Shown here one piece after another: positions 12,811-25,126 of a DNA stretch of 64,000 nucleotides. This DNA comes from Styela clava. Its lineage: Eukaryota. The notes beneath the pieces are model-generated. The model searched no databases. It was not told where the DNA came from and worked only from the letters and a program-made list of their open reading frames with translations. Where the stretch lies: contig NC_135259.1 in assembly GCF_964204865.1 (NCBI RefSeq), positions 8,928,001-8,992,000 on the forward strand, in the 5' to 3' direction. Each line of letters starts with the position of its first letter. Position 1 is the first letter of the stretch. Made by a program: the position numbers and the translations under genes.

Positions 12811-14394
12811 TAACATATAAGAATAACTATTATTCATCTTCTGAAACATCGGAATAGAACACATGCAACCAAACATTGTTAAAATTACGAAGATTGTGTA
12901 GCAACATCTCTTGTTGTTTTCTTTGCAAGAAATATTAACTCAACAAGAGACTAAATCATCAATACCAATTCAACATAGATGCCTTTTGTTGAAAAAAAAA
13001 TATTTTCACCCAAACTGGGGCCACACGCACAGAGCAATTGTCTTTTCAGACAATCGAGGTTAGTTATCGTCGCTCGGATTTAGCGAGATAAAAACTGGTG
13101 GTATGGTTGCCAGGAGGAGGACCCGGCTATTTAGAAGATTGATAATAAACTATATATATAGAATGAAACAAGTAAATTATAAAATTAATCAAAAGTTTTT
13201 TATTGGGAACGTCATATCGCGCCTCCTTGGATATCCTACAACGCAATTGAAAGGTTCGCTCAGGTTTTGCTACTTCCAGAAAAATCTTTAGCTCATCACG
13301 GAGCAGAATACTCTTGCTACCAAATTGCCTCTTGACAACCATCGCGCTTCTGTGTAGTAGAGAAAATATTTAGGATCGGAGTTTAGGTATTCACTCAACT
13401 TCTGGAACATGCGGGAATTAAAAGCACTGCCTTTGATGTAATTCATGCTTTTAACAAATAAGTCAAAAGCACATTTACAATTGTGACTCGGATCACTTGG
13501 TATTTAAATTTAGACCAGGAGAATCATCATCACAGAACTGGGACAGTCAAGGTATTGCTATAGATATGTAAAGTTATTCATACTCGCGGTGTAAAGGTTA
13601 CGTAGTATCAAATAGCGATGTCGTTTTTTTTTCTCGGCGTGCTCTTTCTCACGACATAATTGTAACGCCAGTTTGGAATGTTATAACCATCGCATGAAAA
13701 TTTGCTATATACTTTTTTTAATTCAGCAACATGACTATTTAAGATTTGAAAAGCGTTACACGTGTTTTCTATAAATAGGCCTGAATTGTTAAACGAATAC
13801 TTCGTAAACAACGCGCTACCCAGAAATTGCAAACAATATAAATTCATCTGCAATAAATGTCGAGTATGGCAATCGCATTGTTTACGCCTGATTTTACGTC
13901 CTCTATCTCACTTTATCATCTTTACTTTCAGTTGAGATATGAGCCGATAAAAAATCCCTGAAATGTTGTGTGCAAAATTGCCAAAAATTATTGTCATGGA
14001 CGAAGTTTCAATACATTTTTCTTACCTGATAGCTTTTCCCACCTTCCCTTCATTGTGTCACGTGGTTACATATATACATAAAAGTTACGATATGTGCTGT
14101 TAGGGCGAAGATGTCTTGAATAAATATAATTTATAGTTTATTGCCGAAATAAATTCGTCTTTAAGTGAGCGTTGTGGCGATCGAAAAGAAATCTTACCTA
14201 CATATTCGCAAACAAAGGGTGCGTACGGCATTTTGACGACCTCAGTGCCCTGTGAAGCACACAATACAAGACGGTACTTAATGAGTGAAGATTAACGCAA
14301 ATCAGATAGATCGAATAAAAGCCTGAAGAAAAGATTTGCATTAAATATAAAGTTCACCGAAAAGAAGCGAATCTGCCTCATTAGAAAAATAAAT

Positions 14395-17300
14395 ATGCAG
14401 GTGAGTCTAAATTTGCGCTATATGATTTACAGCAGTAATCTTGTTTTGTGGTAGCTAATATAGTGGTAACAGAATATCGAAAAAGGGGAGAATTCTGAAC
14501 ACTGTGGTTCAAGGTCAATGATGGTTTCAATTGTTTTCAGTTCAGCGTCAAAAATGTTATTTGTTATTAACAATTTATGATTCAAAGCGTACCCAAATTA
14601 TAGGAATATTGTATTAGATTTATTGTTGTAACAAACCGCAATGACGACATTTGTATGTCTTGTCACCGACATGATAAACAAAAATGAATAAGCAAAAATT
14701 TGTCACGGTGACAAACCTTATTCAGTTGTGAAATATGTAAAAGTGATCGAAATGGCGATGCAAAAATATTCTACTGATATATTCAGTATTTTCTACTTCA
14801 ATATAGATTTGAGACTTTGATGTGTAATTATGGCTATAATTTTATTATCACATAAAATCTGCAGAAGAATTGTTTGGCTATAGTGTTTTATTTTATGCCC
14901 AGATCATATTTTGATACCAAACTGCAGGCGATTCCATCACGTTGGACACTAATTAGTCCTATGAATTTTTGTGTTGAATCGTTGTTGTTTTTAATGTTGG
15001 TATTCTTGTTAATGTTACTGTTGCTAGAAAAAATTGATTTACTAGCAATTTATGGCGCAAGCAATATAAAGTAATTTGTTAGAAGCCTATTACTTTATTT
15101 TATTTTTTTTAATTTCTGAAGGACCCAATATTTCACCCAAAATTTGGGTGAAAGAGAACACTTTTGTTCCGTATTTTTGACCGCTTTTTTTTTTTCGCAA
15201 TTCGAATATATTCATTAGTCAAAATTTTGAAAAAAAAGCATTTGTTGTATTCCGACATTTGTTAGTTGAACGTTTGTACATCGAAACCTTATATAATATA
15301 TATGATTAAACAACAATAACTCGTTATTTAGATTAATTACTGACTTTGGGTTGTTTAATCATTTGTGTAAATCAAATCTTGAAATGTATATCTAATTCCA
15401 CGCTGGGTTAGGATAAAACGTTCTGAATGTGGCGAACGAATTCTAAAAATTTAAGCTTACGCTTGAATTTTGAAAATATATTTGAATGTCACACAAGAAT
15501 TTAAAATACCCATATCTTTTAAAATCTTCATTTACGGGAGACTGTTGCAGTCAAAGCGGTAATATTCGCGCTAACACTCGAAGGGGTACCTTCTGCGAGT
15601 TCATTGCGACGAAAATGGTTATCCCGAATGATTTTGACCATGTACGAATCTTTTAACGTACATTTTCTTCTTCGATTTGCTTTCGCAGAATGGTGATGAC
15701 AACTCTTCGGATGAGTTAGAGGATGAAGCTAGAGACGCAGTTTGGTCATTGAAATCTAAAGGAATCACAAGGACGAGATCAATGAGTCCGAATCAGTTTT
15801 CTAGGTAAGATTCTGCTTCTATTAGAGATTTCTGTTGGATCCTTAATTTATTTCCTCATTGCTATACCAAAGCGTCAGTACGCGTGCTTAAAATAACAAT
15901 AAAAATTGAATAAAACGTGAAAATGTAACATATGAGATAAAAGTCTGTTATACACTTGACAAAAAACGGTTCTATTAAGTAAACGTAAATGTCAGTGATT
16001 GGCAATAGTATTTAATGGTGAGGATTAATTTTTTTAGTCGCAGACGAAGAATGTTACTGGAAAAGAAAAGAAAAAAATCTTCTCTTGCTGAAGAAAATGA
16101 AGAAGATGATGATGTTGCTGTGAGATTCATTGAATTTACACCATTGTTTGATCAGCCTGATACATTTTTCGTGATTACTTTCATTTTCAAACGGTTCTAT
16201 GCCATGATTCTAGTTATGTTTTAAAAATAATTTCCGAAATTCCAGACAAAATTACTGTCTCACATAAGTGCACAGACTGAATGCGGTGGAGAAAGATGAT
16301 AGTCTAGAATAAGTTTGACGTCAGGTTTCAAATATCCAACAAGCTGATATGCGTTATTTTTCAGGATAATGGCCCGCGTCATTTGGAGGATTTACCACAA
16401 CTAGAGTTAGAAGGTGCCCCGGCAGGATGGCACGCATCCCGTGCGGGCCGGTCTCGTGAACAAGCTCCTCCAGTGGCAGCAATGAATAAAGGAAGGCGAA
16501 GTAGTGCCTTCCCAATTTCAGGCATGACATCATTAGACGTTAGAAGACCTTCTGTAGGTGGGCAAAGGAGGGCGAGCCAGATGACATTTGACGAATGGGT
16601 ACACCTGAAGAAGTTTCAAGAGATGCAAGAAGCTGCCAACACCGCTCGGCGTAACTCGAAAGACGTAATAAAAAACCACAAGACAAACATGAAACATAAT
16701 ATTAGTTACGAGGAATGGAGTAAACAGACTGAGGTAAGTTATTTTTTCCAAGCAAGCAAACAGTGGAAAATTTTCTACAGATTCCGAGATATTGATCGTT
16801 TTTAGCGGCATCACACATATAACATGTATTCAGAGTATCTTTGTTATTTTGAGTCCTGTCAATAGTATTATGACGTCATATTTAAGCCAAATTGTGAACA
16901 ATTTCTATTAATAGCTATAATAATGACGTCAAGAGAGGATGCTAAGGAATAAAATTAGAGAGCAACCTAAACTTTACCAATTTGTACCAAGTTATAAAAA
17001 ATATCCGAAAATAGAGGAAAACTTCATTTGGAATTCACTTTAAATTGATTTTACTAAAAAGAAGCAACGACTTCAGGATACGATTTTGTACTGTTTTTGT
17101 TTCGCATTCGAACAAAAGAAACTTGCTTCATGTCAAAGTACAATAATTTGCTGACAACGCATTCGTTGAAACAAAACCAGAGTTATTACATAAAGATCGC
17201 TTTGTAGACGTGCTAAAGCGTGATATTTAACGAGTTTTTCTTCGTGGGAGAGGAAGATTGTGTACATTGCCGTAAAATTTAAATCGGTTCGTGTATTGTT

Positions 17301-19057
17301 GGAAGTTCACAATTAGCGTTCACTTTGGCGCTGGTGGTTTTGGGAGAGTTTTCATCCGCATATATCTCCTTATTAATGCAGGGCCGGGCATGAATCATCA
17401 ATGAGAGATGTTAATTACCTATCCCTGACTCCCTATGGTTACGCTTATCACAGATATCATTAGTCAGAACTTAGCAATGTGACTGACTATTAATCCTTAC
17501 ACGATATAACGAGTTGTTTTTCGCCCTTTTTCATCAATTCTCAGCATATCGATTCTTTTACTTTTCAGTTTTATATGTACTTTTTTACAAGTTTTTCGCG
17601 TCTATTGCCCCGTGTAAGAGCTTTGTAATTTTATTTTATTACAATATAAACCAAACACCCACGTATTGTTTTGATTGTTCAATATTATGTAAACTCAAGC
17701 AGTAATAAAAATCATAGGGCTCGTTGAACCATCAATCAACTTAAAATTTAACCTACAAGGCAGGATGCGCGTTGTATAGTTACAAATATTTGTCTTTCCA
17801 ACCCGTTGTCTGACCAGAATCAGGCTTTCTGCCAAAAACATGTATAATTATGACTGTAATATGTTGACATGGGGGAAGCAAAATCGGTTTTGACCAAATA
17901 ATAGTTTTCCAATTATTTCAAAATAATAAAAAACGAAACCATCAGTACGGTTAAATAAATATTATGCTTGGTTGTGCTGATTGCGTCCCTTGATTGTGAT
18001 GAAACAATTCGCATTTCAGTATATCACATATGGTGGGTGTCAAGGAGGCTCGGTCGCTTGTTTGTACATAAATTGACAAACACGTAACAATTTAGCTTGA
18101 TTTAGATGTAACTCTGTCTTCCAAATAATATTGGTCAAACGACACTGGATTGTCGAAAATCTTCGTATTCATCCAATGCCCAAGTATATGGAGCAGCACA
18201 GAAAAATCTAAAATGAATACGGAAAATGTTAATAAAGCAACAATAGATAAAAAGGACATTGAAATTGTCACTTTTTAAACATTGAGTGATGACTAACGAG
18301 CCGCCATCCAATACACATATTTAGGATGACTAGTACTTTTTGTTGGTCGCAATACCATTAAAAAAAATTGATATACTGTGGTGTTATGGATCTCTTTTGT
18401 CAGTCTACTGTAAAACAATATATTCCACCGCAACTTAGACACTTTGCGTCAGATTGGTCGTTTTTCATTTACTTATTCAACTTATTTGTACGCATGATGT
18501 CTGTGCTGCGTATACAGAGCCTCGTTCAGAACGGATAGAAAGAATATCTTACAAAATATAAATTAAAAATTCTGCGTCATTGAATTCACATAATTAACTG
18601 AACAAATTTTATGTTTTATATATAATTTACAACTACCTTTCATTGTCAGGAACGTAAAAAACGCGATCTCGAAGAACATGAGAAGCTTAGAATGCAATTT
18701 CTAGAAGAAAGAGAGGCTGCTGAGAAAGCAAAATATAAAAAGAAAATGAGTTTTGATCAATGGAAAAAGATCAAAGAGGCTGCGAAGGATGGAAAACTGA
18801 AGCAAGAAAATGGAGAACATACTCTTGAAGGTGGAACAGAGGAAGAACGTAAAAAGAAATCCGAAGAAGCTCATAGGAAATGGATGATTAAAAAAGAACT
18901 TGAAGAAATTAAAAGGGACCGTGATATGCTACTTAGAATGCAGAATGCTAATTTAACCATAAATGCACCAAATGTTCCCACAGGATCTTCGGGAAATCGA
19001 CGCACAAGTTGGATTGACGCAAATGCTGCATTAAAAGTTGCAGCAAACAGAGGATAG
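14395..19057 (+). CDS. CCDC34/CCDC181/MAP9-like coiled-coil protein with [ST][FY]xxW repeats, paralogue A (~326 aa, 5 exons)
   Basis: Exons 14395-14400 (MQ), 15689-15804, 16038-16119, 16365-16733, 18650-19057 are phase-consistent. Repeats MTFDEW, ISYEEW, MSFDQW, AHRKWMIKKE lie in charged helices, a pattern typical of the CCDC34/CCDC181/MAP9 C-terminal region. The family call is by motif only. Confidence 0.7.
16316..16931. promoter_or_regulatory. Cluster of three perfect CRE palindromes (TGACGTCA) in introns of paralogue A
   Basis: TGACGTCA at 16316-16323, 16871-16878 and 16924-16931. Confidence 0.45.
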
Positions 19058-19249
19058 TCATATTACAATCCCTCTAATCCCTATTCAGTGTTAATAGAGT
19101 TTTCTCATTTTACATTTTTATTTTAGAGAGTAGTCTGACAATAGCGCAATATGCACTGAAGACCAACCCCTAAAAGCCTAATATTTGTGAAGCTACCGTA
19201 TCGTATATACTGCATAAAAAATTTATGTTCTCATTAACAAATTTTAAAG

Positions 19250-19522
19250 CAGGCAGTGCAACATTTTTTTTCGGTGAGTCATAACCAACTTCAGACATCT
19301 AGCTGAGTCACACACAAAAATTTCACGTACACAACGAATTCAAAAAATTATCACAATGTAAGATTTATTGTAGCGACAAGAGTAAAAAACCTTCCTAGAC
19401 ATAAACTGCTGTCGGATTAAAATTTTAGGTTTGATGGTACAAAAGCTGAGTGTTGACAAGGGCCATATTAAATAGACTTGTGGGCCGGGTTGTCGCCCGT
19501 GGACCGCCTGTTGCACACCCCT
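19250..19522. mobile_element. hAT-like MITE downstream of paralogue A
   Basis: Left end CAGGCAGTGCAAC, right end GTTGCACACCCCT, preceded by a GC-rich gggccgggttgtcgcccgtggaccgcc subterminal motif. Confidence 0.5.
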
Positions 19523-21189
19523 TTTTCGAAATATGAAGGCGTGAAAATTGCATGCAAATTACAGGGTTTCTTGACGCGACTTTTAATATACTTATATGAA
19601 AAATGGTATTATTGATTAAAAATGTTGTATGAAATCTTAGTTTTAGATTTTCTATTTTTTGTCGCAGTTTAACATTGTTATTGTTATAGTAGAAATATAA
19701 AATAAATTTAAATTTTACAGTGATTTGGTCCTTTTTATTTGTGGTCATTGGACTCCAGAAAGTGATATAATAAGCTAAAGCTGTCCTGAAATTTCAGGAA
19801 TGTTAAGAATAAATATCACACGTATTTCATGCCAAAATTGTTTCTTATAAGAGAGCTACTGAAAATATTTGAATGGTACTTCAGCGTACACCTAAAATAA
19901 ATAGCGCATACCTGAAAAGGCCCAGACTTCAAACCTCACCAGTGGAAAATAGGCAGTAAAAGGCCAGTTTCGAAAACGTTTGATTCAATTAAAGTAATTT
20001 CCGATGGTATATATATTGTCACCTTATAAACAATTCGAATTCAATTAATTTCCCGGCCTGTAGTCGGTGATGCATATGTAGAAAATGATTAACATTCATC
20101 AATGAAGATTTTTTTTTCAAATTGGAGATGAGGTGAAGGACTGGAACTTGCTGTCCAACCATTTAAACTTTACAATTCAAAATATAAAGTATGTACAGTA
20201 GAAATTACTGCAAAAAAAAGTAAGTATTGAATATGATTGTAGATATAACATTTATGACAAAGGTATCTGATTCCAATTTTTTAGAACGTCGTCATTTTTT
20301 AACTTTGATGATTTTTTCAGTGCGGTGTAAATCTGTCATTGACCGAAAATTGACCCCTTGTATCGCTCGACACGCCCAGTTATAATGATTAGGCGTTTCT
20401 TCGTCAAAAGTGCCAAGGCCAACTCTTAAATCATTGAGTGGTTTGTTATAATTTGACGGCCTCTTCAAGACTTTCATTAAAAAAGCAAAATTGTGAAATT
20501 TCTACGAGAGAAGCACTTTTGACTCATCACAAAAACGCACAACGATATCTTGGAATAGAAATAAAAAATTATTTGAAGAAAATTCAACTTATAGATTGCT
20601 CGTCTGTAACTTACGGGAGTGAACTCTCACAGACGAATATTTGGCCACTATAAGACTGCTAGTTGTGAGATTAAAATTTGATTTATAGATAAAATTAAAT
20701 TCTATTTACAATATTTTCGACAGTGCTGCCAAATAATTGTAATAATTTTCTCATACATTCCGGCGAGATCAAAGGAAAGAATTTAAATGAAAACAACGAT
20801 ATATTCGGCAATTTAAACAACGATCGTACTGGTTTATACTGTCAAAATCAAATAAATATTCCTAACGTTATTCCTTTTGTTATTCATATATTATTTCTTA
20901 CTAGAGCATGCCTATTTACACACGGAGGGCGCAATATTGGCACGTGTGTCTCGCATGGTCAGTGTAAACAAACCATAAATATCAGAGCAAAATATTACTT
21001 TTGTGCCTGTCGTGAAAATACTTTTATGACCCTACTGTTTTTGCATACTTCATTGCATATTGATACGTGACTCACGTTGACTAATGGAACTTTGCTACTT
21101 GTTCATAAAATAAATATTATTTGTAATGAAACTATTTTTAAAATTAATAATGAATAATAAGTAAAACTATTTTGTTTATCGGAAATATA

Positions 21190-21420
21190 TATTTGTTGAA
21201 TAACTCATTTAAGAAACTTCATTGGTGTATTTTGAAATTGCTTCCGTATTTATTATTGGGCAGCGTGTGTACTACACAGTATTCCAAAACCATTTTGTTT
21301 TCCTTCACGGGACTGGCTAAATTTGTAAATGCATATTCTACAAACACTGCCAATTAATAATATGGAAACAATTTGAAAATACACCTATGGAGTAACTTAA
21401 AAAGGTTTACCAATAAATGT
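21190..21420. repeat. Imperfect long inverted repeat (fold-back)
   Basis: 21206-21271 (catttaagaaacttcattggtgtattttgaaattgcttccgtatttattattgggcagcgtgtgta) is the reverse complement, with mismatches, of ~21339-21404. Spacer is ~68 bp. Confidence 0.8.
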
Positions 21421-22751
21421 TACTCAATTAATATTGCATAGTCTTGGGCGACAGGATAAAATGGCTCGTCATTTACGATTTGTACCCGTTCAACTCGAAC
21501 CGTGCTTCAAAGTATTTATGAAACATGTACAGTGTGCTGAGTTTTGTAAAGTAAACAGATAAGTCATCTGTTTAGAGTGAGAAATACGATCATACAAGGG
21601 TTATTGAAGTTACATACTATATACATTTTCAAGTATCCTTCATAGTGGATAATTTTATTAGACTAATCTAAGTATATTAATCGTATTATATTTGTTGCGA
21701 TATATTTATATATGAACTTGGTATCACCAATCTTATTATTTTCGACTCATCTGTGACTATACAGCCTTAGTGGGTTATAGTTCGTCCAAAAATTTAATTA
21801 TTTTCAAATTTCAGAAAATAACAAGCACTTTCATTTCCTTTAAGTTTTAATATTAGCGAAATGAGTAAATCTCATAAAGAGTGACTATTTATAGATCGAG
21901 TGTTATATGCTTATTCGAAGCAGTTTTCGTCTAGGCTTTATTTGCTAAAACACAGCCAATGACGCAGTATTTGCGTTCTCCGACTATAAGTGATATTACG
22001 CCATGTGATTTAAATGAATTTTATAGCAATTAATAAATTGCGTTTTACATATTGTTCACTTGGAACGTCTGCTATTTTTTTTATTTGGAGCGAGAACTCT
22101 ACCAGACAAAACTTGTAAAAGTAAATGCATTTATTATGTGATCAAGGAATGCCGTGAACATTTATGGAACGAACAAGTTTAAGTTATGTTTCGATCAGAT
22201 AGCAGTAAAAAAGGAAATTTTCAATGTCTGAAGCAGCTGAAGGTATTATTGAATCGTACTCTACTTGAATTCGTATAAAAATTTCAAAGTTGACTGATAG
22301 AACAATTCAAATTTATTTCGAAATTAAAATACGGATGAGATATCTCAAGTCATGTCTTTGGTGGACGTTTTTTTAATTCTTTCATATTTATAAAGTAAAA
22401 CGGAGTGACTGCAAAATGCCAGAAAATTCAATTGTTTTAGTAGGTTTTAAATGTTGTGGGGACGCCGACAATTGCCCCTAAAGTTTAGTCAAACATGTTT
22501 TACGACAGGATCGAAGACACAACCTCAAAAGTAATATTTACCGACCGCAAAATATGATAAAATATGTGTGTTGCGTCGTAACGATTCCCGTGGATGACAC
22601 ATGTTTGCTATCCTTGTGGTTTAATTGTGTACATCGTTCCACGTAAAACCTTTTTCGTGATTGCTCGGGTATTCTGTTTAAAAGGAAGCAAACATCTGTT
22701 CACAAATCCATATAGCTATAATTGCCAGTGCTTCTAGAGCTTTTTTAAAAA

Positions 22752-24580
22752 ATGGCTGAGAACCCAAAAAACGATGTTGGAATGTTACGAAGAAGAAGAA
22801 GATCAGAACCCGCAGTTCTCATGCAGCATAATTTAAATCGTTTAAAATTTCACCGTTCATCAATTAATTATCCATCTAAAATTCAAGAAGAAGATGAAGT
22901 ATCTAAAAACGCAGTACAAACATCATACATCAATCTTCAAAATGGAAAACGAGTAGAATATTCTGGTGATGTGAAATATACACCTCCACGTACAAGACGA
23001 CTTTCACTAGATTCACGTTTCAGTGAACCTGGCAAGAAGAAGCTGACGTTTGAACAATGGTGTAAAATGGTGCACGAAAGATCAAAACGTGAAAAAATGA
23101 AACAGGAATCGGATGTAAGTAATGCAATGGTGAAATATTCAAAACATAGTTTGTTATTTTCTTCGTCTTAAAAACATTAAACTTTTTTGATAAAGATCAA
23201 CACTCTTCATTTTTCCTAGTATTCCGATTATTCATATCACACATGCTGATTTAGTTTACTCGGACAGTAAATTGCTCCTAATCTACTTGCGACCCTTCAT
23301 TTATTTCTATACTGCATAAAATTATTCACCTTTTTAATTTAATTAACGATAGAACTTGAAACAACCGGAGAGTTATATTTCATTTTATATTAATATTGAC
23401 GGAAAATGGAACTTCACATTTTCCATATTTATCAACTTCATTATTCATTCTCTAGTGAAATTTTTTTTGATGCTTATAGGAACAGAGAAAGTTTCTTGAG
23501 TTAACAACGAGAAGAAATAGTATTACTTTTGAAGAGTGGAATAAAAATGTTGAAATGCGGAAAAAGATCGAAGAATTGAAAATCGCGGAAAAAGAGAAGG
23601 AAGATTTAGAAACCAAAGAAGCAGAAAGATTGAACAACATGAAACGAAGAATTTCTTTTACCGAATGGTTAGGACAAAAAACGGAAAGACAGTCGGTGAG
23701 TTTTTTGTTCAACTATTCGAGTCATATCAAAATCGCGCTTAAAAATGATAACGTACAGGATATCAAGTACTAATCTTTGTTTAAATATTTGAATACAAAT
23801 AAACTTAATCGTGTATATTTTTCTGAATCCCTATTTATTATGCAATATCAGTAATCAGGAATCAAATATTAGGTTGTCCGTCCAGTATGAATGTTTCCAC
23901 CGAGTCAATGAAAAAATATTAGATGATTTCATATTATGTGGTCATGAAAAGCATTTAAAAATATTATATATTCTGAAATTCGGAACTAAAACTAAATTTT
24001 GAGCTTCTGTTGTAACTTTGTAAGGTTATCCAGACTAAAATTATGTGAAAATGATATTCTATGCTATTCAAGAGTCCAAATGCACAATAACACAAATGTT
24101 TTTCCGTAACGTTCGTCCGACCAAAATCGATTATTTTTATTAGGATTTTTTTTTGTTTTGGAGGGGCGAGCATTTATAGCTAAAATTAAAAGACAATTTA
24201 TATTTTAGTTGGCACATCATTATAACATATTGCATGGGAATTTCTTCTTATAACAGATAAATTATGACAACGCCAATAAAGAATCAACGTCGGAGATAAG
24301 AGTGCGTCGATCCGGCCTTGACAGCATAAATATTTTTGATGGTTCTAACATTACTCGTCAAATGCGTCGAAATTCAGAAACACCTTTACCAGTATCAGTA
24401 TCCGTCGATGAGAAAGAAATCAACAAATTGCAAAAATCGAATGATGCCTTCCAGAAATGGATGGTTAAAAAGGAACTTGAGGCTATTAAAAAAGAACGTG
24501 AAGAATTACTAAAATCTCGTCAACTTTTTTCAGAATATTTGAAGCAAAATTCTTCAGTCTGCTTTCCTTCACTGGTATAA
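22752..24580 (+). CDS. CCDC34/CCDC181/MAP9-like coiled-coil protein, paralogue B (~300 aa, 3 exons)
   Basis: Exons 22752-23114, 23480-23695, 24257-24580 (phase 0). Repeats LTFEQW, ITFEEW, ISFTEW. C-terminal KSNDAFQKWMVKKELEAIKKEREELL aligns with KSEEAHRKWMIKKELEEIKRDRDMLL of paralogue A. Confidence 0.75.
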
Positions 24581-25126
24581 GAATGTGCTTATTTGGGATC
24601 ATAGTTGTCAAACATTACTGTTTCAAGTGAATTTTGTTTTGTTCCATTTCGAATGTCAATGTAACGTGCAATTTGTCGTGAATCCCAAGTTATGTTGGAA
24701 TGTAGATAGTTAATTTTCATCACCTTCACCTCCAAAACTTTTAAATTATATAGTCTATAAAAATCGCGACCTCTCAATATAAAAAAATGAGTGAAACTTA
24801 TGAAATATTTAATGATTTTTTTGCTTTAGGTTTGAATCAGATCAATGTGTAATGGAAATATTTATACTGACAAATCATTCACGCATTCGTCTGTAATAAC
24901 ATTTCAGAAAAGTAGTTCAGACATCGTTTTCCAAAAAAATTTTATTACACAAAGTATTGTAGTTACAAACTATAAAAGTTTAATACATAAACAATGAAGA
25001 ATGTTTTTAAAGGTATATAAAAGATTCGTTATCAATAATGCATAAATGAAGATTTTTTTTCAATAATATTGAGAGTAAGATATGTTATCTTATATCTCGC
25101 CCTTATACCCAGTGTATGTGAGTATG

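Noticed and set aside
14700-14714. Palindrome TTGTCAC-G-GTGACAA as an RFX X-box
   Set aside because: It does not match the GTTRCC-n-RGYAAC consensus well, and a single short palindrome is weak evidence.
21330-21353. Minus-strand TGGCAGTGTTTGTAG carries the miR-34/449 seed, tempting given the nearby cyclin-O-like gene
   Set aside because: The 3' half lacks the family's UAGCUG motif and the pairing arm is too distant for a canonical pre-miRNA. AGGCAGTG at 19251 is a MITE end.
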